Assembly: GCA_947647595.1 (NCBI GenBank)
Contig: CANSKZ010000001.1
Span: forward strand, 12,912 to 76,911
Direction of reading: 5' to 3'
DNA length: 64,000 nucleotides
From: an uncultured Clostridium sp.
GTDB taxonomy: Bacteria > Bacillota > Clostridia > TANB77 > CAG-508
Position numbers and translations under genes: made by a program. Position 1 is the stretch's first letter, and each line of letters begins with the position of its first letter. Below, piece after piece: positions 37,757-48,214 of the stretch. Under the pieces are notes generated by a model. That model worked only from the letters and a program-made list of their open reading frames with translations, was not told where the DNA came from and searched no databases.

Positions 37757-38636
37757 GGAAGTAAACGAGCTTACGAAACAAATTATTTCAGAATCAGTTT
37801 TGGAAGAATATGTGAGTCGTGGAATTAATAGTACAGTGGAAAGTTTGTATGAAAAATCAAACGATGGACGTATTAATATGTCGCAAGATTATTTGGGAAA
37901 AGTAAAAAAGGAAATGCCTACGATTGGTTCTTGGTATAAAAGAATTTGCCGAAAGGCACAGGAAAATGAAAATCCAGATTATCGTTTCCATTATAGTTAT
38001 TTGGTAAAAGTTATGAAGCAATATGTTAGAGAATTACATGGACAAATGGCGTATTTTGATGGGCAATCGACATTTGAATTGTTAGATGGTGTGCCATTTA
38101 TTAATTTGGATATTTCTCAATTGGAGGAAAGATTTGCAAGACCACTTGCTCAGCAAATTTTGCTTTCTTGGGTTTGGGAAAAGTATGTTAAGAAAAATAG
38201 TGAGGATAAAACCAAAGCTGCCAAAAAAAGAGTTCTTGTTGACGAAGCATGGATGATGCTTCCACTTCCAGAGGCAGTTGATTTCTTGAATACTATGGCA
38301 AGACGTGCTAGAAAGAGAAATGTTTCATTAGCTGTTATTTCACAAAAATTCCAAGATTTTTATGAAAAACCAGAAGCGCAAGCAATTTTGACTTCGTCAG
38401 AAACGAAGTTGTTTTTGGCACAGGATAAATCAGAAATTGAATATTTAAAGGAAGTATTTAAATTAAGTGAAGGTGAAGCTGGATTTTTGATTACTTGTGG
38501 AAGAGGTGAAGGTTTGCTTAGAGTTGGTGGTGATTCTGCGATTTTATCTATTCAGCCAACAAACAAAGAGTTTGAATTTGTGGAAACAAACTTAAATAAA
38601 CAAATTGAAATGGAAAAAGCAAGACAGCAACAATAA
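37707..38636 (+). CDS. VirB4-family ATPase, C-terminal part (Walker B RVLVDEAWMML, AVISQ motif)
   Basis: This frame overlaps the end of the previous ORF across an imperfect GGAAGTA x3 repeat. Together the two parts give about 665 aa. Confidence 0.7.
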   Translation: MLRKVCLRWQDGSTGSKEVNELTKQIISESVLEEYVSRGINSTVESLYEKSNDGRINMSQDYLGKVKKEMPTIGSWYKRICRKAQENENPDYRFHYSYLVKVMKQYVRELHGQMAYFDGQSTFELLDGVPFINLDISQLEERFARPLAQQILLSWVWEKYVKKNSEDKTKAAKKRVLVDEAWMMLPLPEAVDFLNTMARRARKRNVSLAVISQKFQDFYEKPEAQAILTSSETKLFLAQDKSEIEYLKEVFKLSEGEAGFLITCGRGEGLLRVGGDSAILSIQPTNKEFEFVETNLNKQIEMEKARQQQ

Positions 38637-38657
38637 TATTAAAAAATGAGGTTATCA

Positions 38658-39845
38658 ATGAAAAAAATAATAAGCACGCTGGTAGTGGCGGTGATTTTAT
38701 TTAATTTCATATTTTGCAATAGTGGTTATGCAACTGAAAATGTAGAATTTAAGGATGATGTGACAACAGATTCGATATCAGGTAAAGATTTGGAAGGACT
38801 TATTAGTGAGTCAAAAGCAAATTATGTGGACAGCGAAACCAAAGTAGATTTTAGTTCATTGGGAACTGGAATATTTGGAACAATTGGAGGAATATTAGCT
38901 AGATTTTTTAATATTTTTCCACAGTTAATCAGACTGATTATGCTACTTTGTGTGGTAGAAGAGTTTACGATTCAGAAGGCAGTGTTTAATGAAATATCAA
39001 TCTTTAATATAGATTATTTCAATTTTAAAGAACCATATGAGTATACCATAGGAAATAAAATTGGTGATAATAATTATAAAAAAAAGATAAAATCTGGTAA
39101 TACAGTCGAAATTTCGATTCGAAAAAGTGTTGCGAAATATTATTATATTTTAAGATTGATAGCAATGGCGCTTAGTTTAGTGATTTTAATCTATGTTGGA
39201 ATTAGAATGGCGTTGTCGACGATTTCTTCCGATAAAGCTAAGTATAAAGGAATGCTGATTGCTTGGATAGAAAGTATTGTATTATTATTTGCGATGCAGT
39301 ATATTATATCTTTTATAATAAGTGCTGGAAAGCTATTTGGTGATTTAATGTATTCACTTAGATGCATTATGGATGCTAGTGGAGAACTTAGCTTTGAAAC
39401 AGAAATTTTAGCAATGATGGACGTAGGATTATTGCAATATACTGGTTGGAGTTATGTTGGATATTCGATTGCTTTTTGGTTTTTAATTTATGTGCAAACT
39501 AAATTTTTCCTGATGTATTTTAAAAGAGTAATTACTGTTGGCTTTTTAATTTTAATCTCTCCGATTATAACCATTACTTACCCAATTGATAAGGTTGGTG
39601 ATGGAAAGGCGCAAGGTTTTACAATATGGAGTCATGAATTGATTTTAAATGTATTGATACAACCAATTCAAGCATTGATATATCTTGTTTTCATGTATAC
39701 AGCAGGAGAAATTGCGAAAATATCAATGTGGGTTGCTTTGGCATTTTTATTGGGATTAACGAAATTTGAGAAAATTATTTTACAATTGTTTAATTTGAGA
39801 AATGTTGTAAGTTTGAAACCTGTTGATGAGCAAAGGAAAAAATAA
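38658..39845 (+). CDS. VirB6/ConG-like polytopic membrane protein, paralog A (signal peptide plus about 150-aa extracytoplasmic N-terminal domain)
   Basis: Motifs shared with paralogs B and C: AKYYYILRLIAMALSLVILIYVGIRMALSTISSDKAKYKGML and ITVGFLILISPIITITYPIDKVGDGKAQGF. At least 5 TM helices. Confidence 0.6.
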   Translation: MKKIISTLVVAVILFNFIFCNSGYATENVEFKDDVTTDSISGKDLEGLISESKANYVDSETKVDFSSLGTGIFGTIGGILARFFNIFPQLIRLIMLLCVVEEFTIQKAVFNEISIFNIDYFNFKEPYEYTIGNKIGDNNYKKKIKSGNTVEISIRKSVAKYYYILRLIAMALSLVILIYVGIRMALSTISSDKAKYKGMLIAWIESIVLLFAMQYIISFIISAGKLFGDLMYSLRCIMDASGELSFETEILAMMDVGLLQYTGWSYVGYSIAFWFLIYVQTKFFLMYFKRVITVGFLILISPIITITYPIDKVGDGKAQGFTIWSHELILNVLIQPIQALIYLVFMYTAGEIAKISMWVALAFLLGLTKFEKIILQLFNLRNVVSLKPVDEQRKK

Positions 39846-39856
39846 TGGAGGACTAA

Positions 39857-41404
39857 ATGCAAAAAGGAAAATATATCAATCAGAATCAAGTTAGGAAAAA
39901 AGTAATAATTTTAATTGCTGTGGTAAGTTTGATTTTTGTTTTGTTAGTTTTAGAAGCAATGTTAAAAAATATCCAAAATGAAAATCAGGAAAAAGAGTTG
40001 CAAATGGCAAATGGAAATTTTACTTCTGTTGAAGATATTTTGGAATATTATGGATGCCAAGTGATAAAAATCAAAAATAACACAGAAGGCAATTTTTTGG
40101 TTGATATATATACAACATTCAAATATGAATTATATGAAGATGAAAAGAGCAATGAAGAATTTTATAACAAAATAATCAATCAAATTGCTAAATTTTTAAA
40201 TTATCGAAATTTCAGAATGGTGGATGAACAAAAAGAAGAAAAAATAGAAATACAAGTAATTTGTGGCAAAAATAAAATACAAAAAATTTTGATTAATGGA
40301 ATTGAAGATTATTTTATTTATATGGATTCGCAGATTAATTTAAGCAAATACAAGGAAATTCCAACAACAGAAGCTTCGATTCAATCGCCTGAATTAATCA
40401 GTTGCATTCAAAATAATTGGAATGCTAATGTGAATTTTGGTACAAGAGAAACGATTTTTCAGAATTATTATATTTATTTTGATGAAGGAATAGAAGTACG
40501 AAAAATTAGTGGAAAAATTTACAATGTAGTTTTTACAAAAAATTATGTAAAACCAGTTGTAAATGGCTTTACTGTTGGAGAAAAACGTGATATAATAATA
40601 AGAGAACTAGGAAATCCAACTTTTGAAAATGAAAATAAAAGTATCATAGGATATAAAACGAAAGATATTTATGTTTTTTTTGAAGAAAATCAGATTTCCA
40701 TTTACAGAAACATAACAGAAACTGGATTTGACGAATTTTTTACATTAGTAGATAAATTTTTAGAAGAAGAATATTCTCTTTTAGAATTTATGAATGAGCT
40801 AACTTATTTATGGCCTGATTATGAAGAATATACATATGATGCAGAAACTGTGTTTTTATCGTATCCGAATAAAGGAATTGATATTAAAATGAATTATGAC
40901 CATACCAACGGAATTGTGATTTATAATAACATAGGAGTAACGCAAAATGAGATAAATAAGTATTTTAATTATACAGAATTTATTGCTTTATTGCAAATTG
41001 ATAATGTGTATAATGCTGAGATAAGACGAGTGAATAAGCAATTAGAATTTGCTAAAAAGTGTGAAGAATATCAAATACAGTATGAGGAAAAAGACAATAG
41101 AAATCGAGGAAAAAATTACGATTATTATATGAAAATGGGCAATAATGGAGGAATTATTTGCACCTATTTTATAGCAAAAAATCCACAATATCCAAATTGC
41201 GAATTAAGTGAAAATATAAATTCTTATATTTGGGTGAATGAAGATTGCTTTGTATATAGTGTTGTAAATAAAGGAATCTATTATTACGATTTAAAAACAC
41301 AGAAGAAAGGAACGATTATTACAGGAAATGAGAATTTTGAAATAAAATCTTATCAGGAGGATATTTTAAAATATGATGATAGTGAATTACAAATAAAATA
41401 TTAG
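39857..41404 (+). CDS. hypothetical membrane-anchored extracytoplasmic protein (515 aa)
   Basis: RBS GGAGGA and an N-terminal TM helix. No motif recognised. Possible VirB8-like role suggested only by its position in the cluster. Confidence 0.5.
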   Translation: MQKGKYINQNQVRKKVIILIAVVSLIFVLLVLEAMLKNIQNENQEKELQMANGNFTSVEDILEYYGCQVIKIKNNTEGNFLVDIYTTFKYELYEDEKSNEEFYNKIINQIAKFLNYRNFRMVDEQKEEKIEIQVICGKNKIQKILINGIEDYFIYMDSQINLSKYKEIPTTEASIQSPELISCIQNNWNANVNFGTRETIFQNYYIYFDEGIEVRKISGKIYNVVFTKNYVKPVVNGFTVGEKRDIIIRELGNPTFENENKSIIGYKTKDIYVFFEENQISIYRNITETGFDEFFTLVDKFLEEEYSLLEFMNELTYLWPDYEEYTYDAETVFLSYPNKGIDIKMNYDHTNGIVIYNNIGVTQNEINKYFNYTEFIALLQIDNVYNAEIRRVNKQLEFAKKCEEYQIQYEEKDNRNRGKNYDYYMKMGNNGGIICTYFIAKNPQYPNCELSENINSYIWVNEDCFVYSVVNKGIYYYDLKTQKKGTIITGNENFEIKSYQEDILKYDDSELQIKY

Positions 41405-41416
41405 GAGGTTGAATGC

Positions 41417-44400
41417 ATGAAGTCAATTATTAGCAGAATTTCATATAAAATGTTAGTAACAACAATGATAACAGTAATATTGTCTTTCTTTGTTGTGACT
41501 TCATGTTCTCATGCCAATAAATTTAGTGAATTAGTTAATGATGATGGAATCTATTATAATGGAACCCAAGAATCTACGCTTTCTGAAAAAGATGGATTTT
41601 TTGCAAAGCTTGTCAACCTTTTATCAAGTATTGCAACGTATTTGTTAGGGTTGATAGGATTAGGAATTCGAGGTGTTTTCATTGGATGGATAGAAATTGC
41701 TGAAATGTTACTGACGATGATTTTAGATATTGATGGTGACCTAGGCAAAATAAATGATGATGCAATGGATGTTTATACAGAAAATATAGTAAATGTAGAA
41801 AGTATATTATTTAACAGAGTTCCAATATTAGAAGCTAACATCTTCAAAAGTCTTAATGCTGAAAATGAGAAGAAAGATGAGAAAAAAGAAGAATCGAAAA
41901 CAAAAGAAGAAAAAGCAGCAGAAAAGAAAGAAAAAAAAGAAAATAAAATTGTTACAGCCATTAAAAGTGCAGTTGCAAAATGGTATTATGTTTTAAGATT
42001 AATGGTTATTGCACTTATGTTAATTCTACTAATTTTTGTGGGAATAAAAATGGCCATTTCTACAGTTGCTTCGGAAAAGGCAGTCTATAAGCAAATGCTA
42101 ACTGATTGGATTGTAGGAATGATTATTGTATTTATGATTCATTATATTATGGTTCTTATTTTTACAATTAATGATTCTGTTATTAATGGATTAGAACCGT
42201 TACTAAATAATAATAGTACATTAGAATTAGAAGAATATCAATACGGTATAGAACCTGAAGAAATTGAGACTTTTGGTGACCGCGAAACAACTTTATATGA
42301 ATCAGCTAGAACAAGAGCCTATAGTTTAAATTTGGTAGATGGTTTTACAGGAATGGTTATTTATGGTGTATTAGTTTATTATGCTTGGCGATTTGCGGTT
42401 ATGTATTTAATGAGAGTATTTAATATTATGATACTTACTTTAATAGCACCAGTGATTGCAGCATCTTATGCAGTAAATAAAGTATTAACAGGAAAATCAA
42501 AGATATTTTCAAGTTGGCTGAATGAATATATTATTAATGTTATTATTCGATTATTCCATGTAATTATTTATGTTTCATTTGTAGCAATTGCTTTAGAATT
42601 ATCTTTAGAGTCATTGCCAGGAATTATTCTAGCTTTTGTTATGTTACATTTTATGCTTGAGGCAGATAAATTGCTAAGAACATTATTCAAAATGTCTGGA
42701 GGCAAAGGCAGTTTATCTGGAACAATGGAAAAAACAAATCTTAATGATATTAAGAGTGGAATAAAAGGACTAGGAGCTACGATGGTTGGAGGAAAAATTG
42801 GTATGGCTGCTATGAAAGCAACTTATGGAATTGCAACAAAACCAGGAAGAGCACTTGTTGAAACTGCATTTGGAAATCATATGGCAAAAAAAGCAAATCA
42901 AAAAGAACAAGAAGAAAAGAACAAACAAGAAGAAAAAGAAAAATTAGAAGAAAAGAAAAATGATTTAGAAGAAAGTATTGCAACATTAAAACAAAGACAA
43001 AATAATATAAAAGATAAAGAGTTTGATGCGGAAAGATGGCAAGCATGGTATAGAGCAGAAGGAGAAGAAACAAAACTAGGACAAAAGACACAGGAACTTC
43101 AAAATTTGAGGTTGCAAAAAACAGAAGTTGAAAAACAATTGCGTGAATATGAAGAAAAACTTGAAGAAGCAAATGATAATTTAGAATATAGGAATGAATT
43201 AAATAGAATTGAAGCATTAGAAAAAGAATTTTATGCAGGAACTTTTGGAGGTGCTATCGATAATTTATTTGACCCATTTAATTACACAGAAAAAGATAAG
43301 AAAACAGGAAAATATCGTCGCATGAGAGCAAGAAGAAAAGGTGGTGCTAAATATGCATTTTGGCGCAAAAAAGTGGATGGTATTGGAATGCGATTTATGG
43401 AAAATGCAAAATTAAAAAATCTATTTAATTTGTCAAACGATGAAGTAAAGCGCTTAAAAGAACAATTTAACTTTTCGAAATCAACAGTAGTTGGATTTTT
43501 CTCTGCTGCCTTTGGATTCCCTACTTTAGTGATTAATCCTACATTAGGAGTTGCTTTGCTTGGACAAGCAGGTTATTCTGGGTTACGAATGGCAACTAGA
43601 ATGAGACAAATTAAAAATAGACCTAGTTACAAAAAAAATAAACGCTATAATTTTGTTGCTTTCAACAAGGGAGCACAATATACGATGAAAGTAGAAGCTG
43701 TAAGACAAGCTAGGGAATTAGAAGCGGAAAGAACGCAAAGATTTGCAGGAAAACATCAAAAGTTTGTTAGAAAGCTATTGAATAATATGGTTAAAGCTAC
43801 TACAATTCCTGACCTTGACCCAATTACATCAGAAGAATTATCAGAATTGGCTTATATAAAATATACAAAGCAATTTAAAACAGCTTTAAAAGATTTAAAC
43901 GAATTAGAAACCTCTTTAAATAAAGCGGAATTTACTGAAAGATTTTCAGAAGAGGAAAGAAATCAGCAAGAGAAGGCAGAAAAAATGTCAGAGAAACAAT
44001 TATTATTTAAAGAATGTGCAAATCAGGAAGGTGTAATTGCAGTAGGAAATTCATTATTTGAAGTAAAAATGGATAATACAGTAGAACAAGCAGAAGAAAA
44101 ATTTATTGAAAATGCCGAGAAAAAAATGGATAAAGCATCAGGTCAAACAAGAGAACAAAGAATCAATTCACTTAAAAAACATATAACAGCGAATAAAGAT
44201 ACATTAATTCAAAATCAAATTGAAAAGTACTATGCTAGAAGAGGAATTATTGATATTAGTAACATGGAAATGTCTGAGAGTGATAAAACACAAATTAAAC
44301 AAAATGTTTTAGGTGTTTTAGAAGAAAAGGGGATTATCAAAAAAGGAGAAATAAAACTTGAGGATAATTTTATTAGTAATGAAAATGTTACAAGTATTCA

Positions 44401-45124
44401 TGCAAAATTGCAATCAAATAAAAATAAGACCAATCAATCCTTAGAGCAAAGAGTTGCTACAGATGCTGTTTTGGAATATATGAAACAAACGGGAACTACT
44501 AATAAAAATGACTTATTACAAAAAACAGATGAGATATATAATTTAGTAAAAGAAAAGATTATGACAAATGATTCGAAAAAATCAGCAGATGTTATCAAAA
44601 AGATTTCAGGTCAAGATAAGAAAAAGCAAGTGGTTCAGTTATCAGATTATATGAAAGAAGCAGTTGAAACAGATATCAAAAAAGTTAAGAAAGTAGATTT
44701 AGCAGATAAGTCAAAAGATAAAGAAACTTTAGTAGAACATGAAACAAATCGAAAAATGAATCAAACAAAAAACAAGCTAGAAGAAGCGTTATGTGCTGAT
44801 ACTGTTGAAAATATCGAAGATAATTCTACATTAGAGATGCTATTTGCTTTATCTAGAATTGGTGAAAATAATCGTGAGGCAGTAGAAGTGCTTGGAAAAA
44901 AACGAAAACAAACCAAGAAAGCACAATTAGAAACATTAGAATTTTATCAAGATGGAAGCCGAAAACTTGACAAAAACAAAGATGGAAGTCGAAAGTTTGA
45001 TGAAACAAAAGATGGAAGTAGAAGATTGGCTGAAGAATATTTTATGGAAAGCAAAAAAGAAGCTTTAGAAAAAAGGCTTTTCGGTCCATCGCAAAATGTA
45101 ATTGATTTAATTAATAATGTATAG
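41417..45124 (+). CDS. VirB6/ConG-like polytopic membrane protein, paralog B, with an 800-aa K/E-rich coiled-coil C-terminal extension (1,235 aa)
   Basis: Conserved module AKWYYVLRLMVIALMLILLIFVGIKMAISTVASEKAVYKQMLTDWI. Long charged repeats follow. RBS AGGAGG. Confidence 0.6.
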   Translation: MKSIISRISYKMLVTTMITVILSFFVVTSCSHANKFSELVNDDGIYYNGTQESTLSEKDGFFAKLVNLLSSIATYLLGLIGLGIRGVFIGWIEIAEMLLTMILDIDGDLGKINDDAMDVYTENIVNVESILFNRVPILEANIFKSLNAENEKKDEKKEESKTKEEKAAEKKEKKENKIVTAIKSAVAKWYYVLRLMVIALMLILLIFVGIKMAISTVASEKAVYKQMLTDWIVGMIIVFMIHYIMVLIFTINDSVINGLEPLLNNNSTLELEEYQYGIEPEEIETFGDRETTLYESARTRAYSLNLVDGFTGMVIYGVLVYYAWRFAVMYLMRVFNIMILTLIAPVIAASYAVNKVLTGKSKIFSSWLNEYIINVIIRLFHVIIYVSFVAIALELSLESLPGIILAFVMLHFMLEADKLLRTLFKMSGGKGSLSGTMEKTNLNDIKSGIKGLGATMVGGKIGMAAMKATYGIATKPGRALVETAFGNHMAKKANQKEQEEKNKQEEKEKLEEKKNDLEESIATLKQRQNNIKDKEFDAERWQAWYRAEGEETKLGQKTQELQNLRLQKTEVEKQLREYEEKLEEANDNLEYRNELNRIEALEKEFYAGTFGGAIDNLFDPFNYTEKDKKTGKYRRMRARRKGGAKYAFWRKKVDGIGMRFMENAKLKNLFNLSNDEVKRLKEQFNFSKSTVVGFFSAAFGFPTLVINPTLGVALLGQAGYSGLRMATRMRQIKNRPSYKKNKRYNFVAFNKGAQYTMKVEAVRQARELEAERTQRFAGKHQKFVRKLLNNMVKATTIPDLDPITSEELSELAYIKYTKQFKTALKDLNELETSLNKAEFTERFSEEERNQQEKAEKMSEKQLLFKECANQEGVIAVGNSLFEVKMDNTVEQAEEKFIENAEKKMDKASGQTREQRINSLKKHITANKDTLIQNQIEKYYARRGIIDISNMEMSESDKTQIKQNVLGVLEEKGIIKKGEIKLEDNFISNENVTSIHAKLQSNKNKTNQSLEQRVATDAVLEYMKQTGTTNKNDLLQKTDEIYNLVKEKIMTNDSKKSADVIKKISGQDKKKQVVQLSDYMKEAVETDIKKVKKVDLADKSKDKETLVEHETNRKMNQTKNKLEEALCADTVENIEDNSTLEMLFALSRIGENNREAVEVLGKKRKQTKKAQLETLEFYQDGSRKLDKNKDGSRKFDETKDGSRRLAEEYFMESKKEALEKRLFGPSQNVIDLINNV

Positions 45125-45140
45125 ATGAATGGTGGTGTAA

Positions 45141-47663
45141 ATGAAGAAGATGAAAGTAAAGAAAAAATTACAAAAAAAGTTATTGTTTATTGTAATGTTA
45201 GTGATTGTGCTATGTAATTGTTTTTCAATTATTTTTGAAAGTAATGTAGGATTTGCTACTGCTCTTGATAGTACTGATAGAGAAAATTTAAAAACACAAA
45301 TCGAAGAAACAAAAAATGGAGAAACAAAGACAACAGCACTTGATGCTGCTGCTAAAGATGAGGCTAGTAAGAATATGATTATTGGGCTTGAAGGATTTAT
45401 GAGTGGACTTGTTTATATTCTTACTATTATTCCTAGACTATTTTTACTGTTAATTGGATTTTTCATAAAAATCATAATGAATGCTTGTGTTAGTCTGGGA
45501 ACTGCTAGTATTACAGATGTTACTTTTGAGCATGTATTTTTCTCTGGATATAGTGGTACAAAATTCAGTGGGCTTGAATTTACAGATGTTAACTTTTTTG
45601 ATTTAACTGGTTCAGGAACAATTCTCTCTTTTAGAACAGCTGTTGCAAAATGGTATTATGTTATGAGATTAATTTCAGCAGCGATATTATTAGTTATTCT
45701 AATTTATGTAGGAATCAGAATGGCGTTATCGACAATTGCTTCAGAACAAGCAAAATATAAACAAATGTTGACTGATTGGATAACCAGTTTAGCTTTATTG
45801 TTTTTGTTACATTATATTATTATATTTGTTATTCAAGTAAACAATTCATTAGTTTCCGCATTAGGAGGAATGCTAAATTTAAAAAGTGGACAGACAGTAG
45901 GAAGTCGTTTAAATAGTCAACTTGTTGGTGATATTTGGTCAGATGGTGTCAATGGAATATTTGCAGCACTTATGTATGCGATGATAGCAGGTTCTGCATT
46001 TGGATTTTTTCTATTCTATTTAAAACGTATGATAACAGTAGGATTTTTAATTATTATTGCACCACTTATAACCATTACTTATTCAATTGACAAAATCGGA
46101 GATGGAAAAGCCCAAGCTTTAAATGCATGGTTAAAAGAATTAACATACAATATATTAATTCAACCATTTCATTGTATCATTTATTTAGCATTTTTTGGTG
46201 CGATGTCTGATATAATCGGGGATTCATCTTATGGAAATATTAGTGCTTATATTTTAGCTTATATTATTTTGAAGTTCATGAAAGAAGCAGAAGGAATTTT
46301 AAGAAAGATATTCCACTTTGAAGCGAATTCTATGCCAGGAATCAGTGAACCAGCGAAAGGATTTGCTGCTGCCTCAGGAAAATTTGCTCAAATTGGTATG
46401 AAAGGTGTTGGAGCATTTTCAAACTTTAAGGCTGCTGGAGGAGTTAAAGCATTTACAGGCGGATTTAGAAATATAGGAGCAAAGAAAGATGTAAAAGCTG
46501 CTTTTAACTCTGGAGAAATAAAAACAGATGCTAAAACATTTGAACAATTTAAGAAAACAGATGAATATGCGAAAGAATTAGATAAGAAAAAGACAGCTAG
46601 AGAAATGAAGTCTAGAAAGAATTCTAGAAGAACGGAAAAAGCTAGAAAAATCTATGAGAAACAAAATCCTGGAAAAAGTTATGACCAAATGATTGAAGAT
46701 GAAGCTAGAAAAGCTTATGATGAAAAGCATGAAGCAGGTGCTTATGAAAAAATGAAAAAGAAAGCAAGAGAAAGAGACGCATCTGGTCGACCAACAGAAG
46801 AGGCTAAAATGGCGCAACAAACAATCGATAATCAAAGAGCTAAAACGAAAGAAGCTAAAAACAGTTCTATTATAGGAAGTACAGGAATAAGAAAAACAAT
46901 TAATGGAGCAAAAACCGTAGCAGGTAATTTGGTAAACAGTGAGGGCGGAAAAGCATTGGGCGCTTACATGAAAGATAGTGCCAAAGTTGCATCAGCACTT
47001 GCTTTAGGTGCCTATGCTTATGGTGTAACAGGAAATCTAACAGATGCTACTTTATTTGGTCAATTAGGTTATGGTATGGCATATGGCGCACTAGAAGGAA
47101 CAACTAAAACAGCAACAGAGGATACAAAAGGACTTGTTCAACAATATGCACACAATAATAATTTAAGTCCAGAAGATATGAAAAAAATGATTCAAGAGCT
47201 TGTAAACGAATGTCATTCTATGGATTTTGCTGGAATGTTTAAGAAGATTCATGATGACCAAGTAAAAGCAACAGAAGAATTAAAGAAAATATTAGGAGAC
47301 AGTGCAAATGAAGTTATGGCAAAAATGATAGGAAAAACCAAAGTAGGAGAAGAGTACGATATTTCTGCTTTAATCGACCAATATAGTACACGTAATTTAA
47401 GTGATGATGAAAAAACAAATGCAGAAAGCATTGTAAAAGACTTTAGTGATTTATTGATTAAATCTCAAATTGCTGCACAATTTAACGTTGTTAAAGCTGG
47501 TGGAATGGATGTTGATTCATTTGGTAGAAAAGTAACCAACAATTATAATGTTACAGAGAGTAAAACTGATTATATTTATAATTATGAAGAAAATAGATAT
47601 GAAAATAAGTTTGAAGTTAATCAAAGTGAAGCTAGAAGAAGAGGAACTCAAACGAATACTTAG
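45141..47663 (+). CDS. VirB6/ConG-like polytopic membrane protein, paralog C, with a 440-aa hydrophilic C-terminal extension (840 aa)
   Basis: AKWYYVMRLISAAILLVILIYVGIRMALSTIASEQAKYKQMLTDWI and MITVGFLIIIAPLITITYSIDKIGDGKAQAL. About 60% identical to paralog A over the core. Confidence 0.6.
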   Translation: MKKMKVKKKLQKKLLFIVMLVIVLCNCFSIIFESNVGFATALDSTDRENLKTQIEETKNGETKTTALDAAAKDEASKNMIIGLEGFMSGLVYILTIIPRLFLLLIGFFIKIIMNACVSLGTASITDVTFEHVFFSGYSGTKFSGLEFTDVNFFDLTGSGTILSFRTAVAKWYYVMRLISAAILLVILIYVGIRMALSTIASEQAKYKQMLTDWITSLALLFLLHYIIIFVIQVNNSLVSALGGMLNLKSGQTVGSRLNSQLVGDIWSDGVNGIFAALMYAMIAGSAFGFFLFYLKRMITVGFLIIIAPLITITYSIDKIGDGKAQALNAWLKELTYNILIQPFHCIIYLAFFGAMSDIIGDSSYGNISAYILAYIILKFMKEAEGILRKIFHFEANSMPGISEPAKGFAAASGKFAQIGMKGVGAFSNFKAAGGVKAFTGGFRNIGAKKDVKAAFNSGEIKTDAKTFEQFKKTDEYAKELDKKKTAREMKSRKNSRRTEKARKIYEKQNPGKSYDQMIEDEARKAYDEKHEAGAYEKMKKKARERDASGRPTEEAKMAQQTIDNQRAKTKEAKNSSIIGSTGIRKTINGAKTVAGNLVNSEGGKALGAYMKDSAKVASALALGAYAYGVTGNLTDATLFGQLGYGMAYGALEGTTKTATEDTKGLVQQYAHNNNLSPEDMKKMIQELVNECHSMDFAGMFKKIHDDQVKATEELKKILGDSANEVMAKMIGKTKVGEEYDISALIDQYSTRNLSDDEKTNAESIVKDFSDLLIKSQIAAQFNVVKAGGMDVDSFGRKVTNNYNVTESKTDYIYNYEENRYENKFEVNQSEARRRGTQTNT

Positions 47664-47678
47664 GTTAAGGAGAGTAAA

Positions 47679-48203
47679 ATGTCAAATTCAAAAAAGAAGA
47701 ATCAAATAGGTTACAAAAAGTTATATATTTTAATCATCCTTATTATTTTAATAACGATATTAATCGGAAACTTGAATTCTAGACTTACAAAAGATGAGTT
47801 GTCAAGTCCACAAAGCGAAGAAGAAGTAGAAGAATATATTGAGCAAAATATTACGAAAACTTTGCAAGGAATGGAAGAAAGAGACAGAATGGAATATTAT
47901 GTTGGGATATTTTTAGGATACATAGAAAGTGGAGAATATGAAGATGCTTATCATTTACTATATGAAGATTTTAAAAAAACATATTTCCCAACATTAGAAT
48001 CTTTTGAAAAATATATCCCAACTGTGTTTTCTGAAATGACAGATATAAAACATGAAAATATCGAAAGAAATGGTGATGTGTATGTTTTATGGATTAAAAT
48101 TACGGATGCTGTCAATGGCAAACCAGGAGAACAAAGAAACATGAATATTGTCATTAAGGAAAATGATTATAATGACTTTGTTTTATCATTTAGTGCGATA
48201 TAA
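47679..48203 (+). CDS. hypothetical membrane-anchored protein (174 aa)
   Basis: RBS AAGGAGAG. N-terminal TM helix. Confidence 0.5.
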   Translation: MSNSKKKNQIGYKKLYILIILIILITILIGNLNSRLTKDELSSPQSEEEVEEYIEQNITKTLQGMEERDRMEYYVGIFLGYIESGEYEDAYHLLYEDFKKTYFPTLESFEKYIPTVFSEMTDIKHENIERNGDVYVLWIKITDAVNGKPGEQRNMNIVIKENDYNDFVLSFSAI

Positions 48204-48214
48204 AGGAGAAAGAT

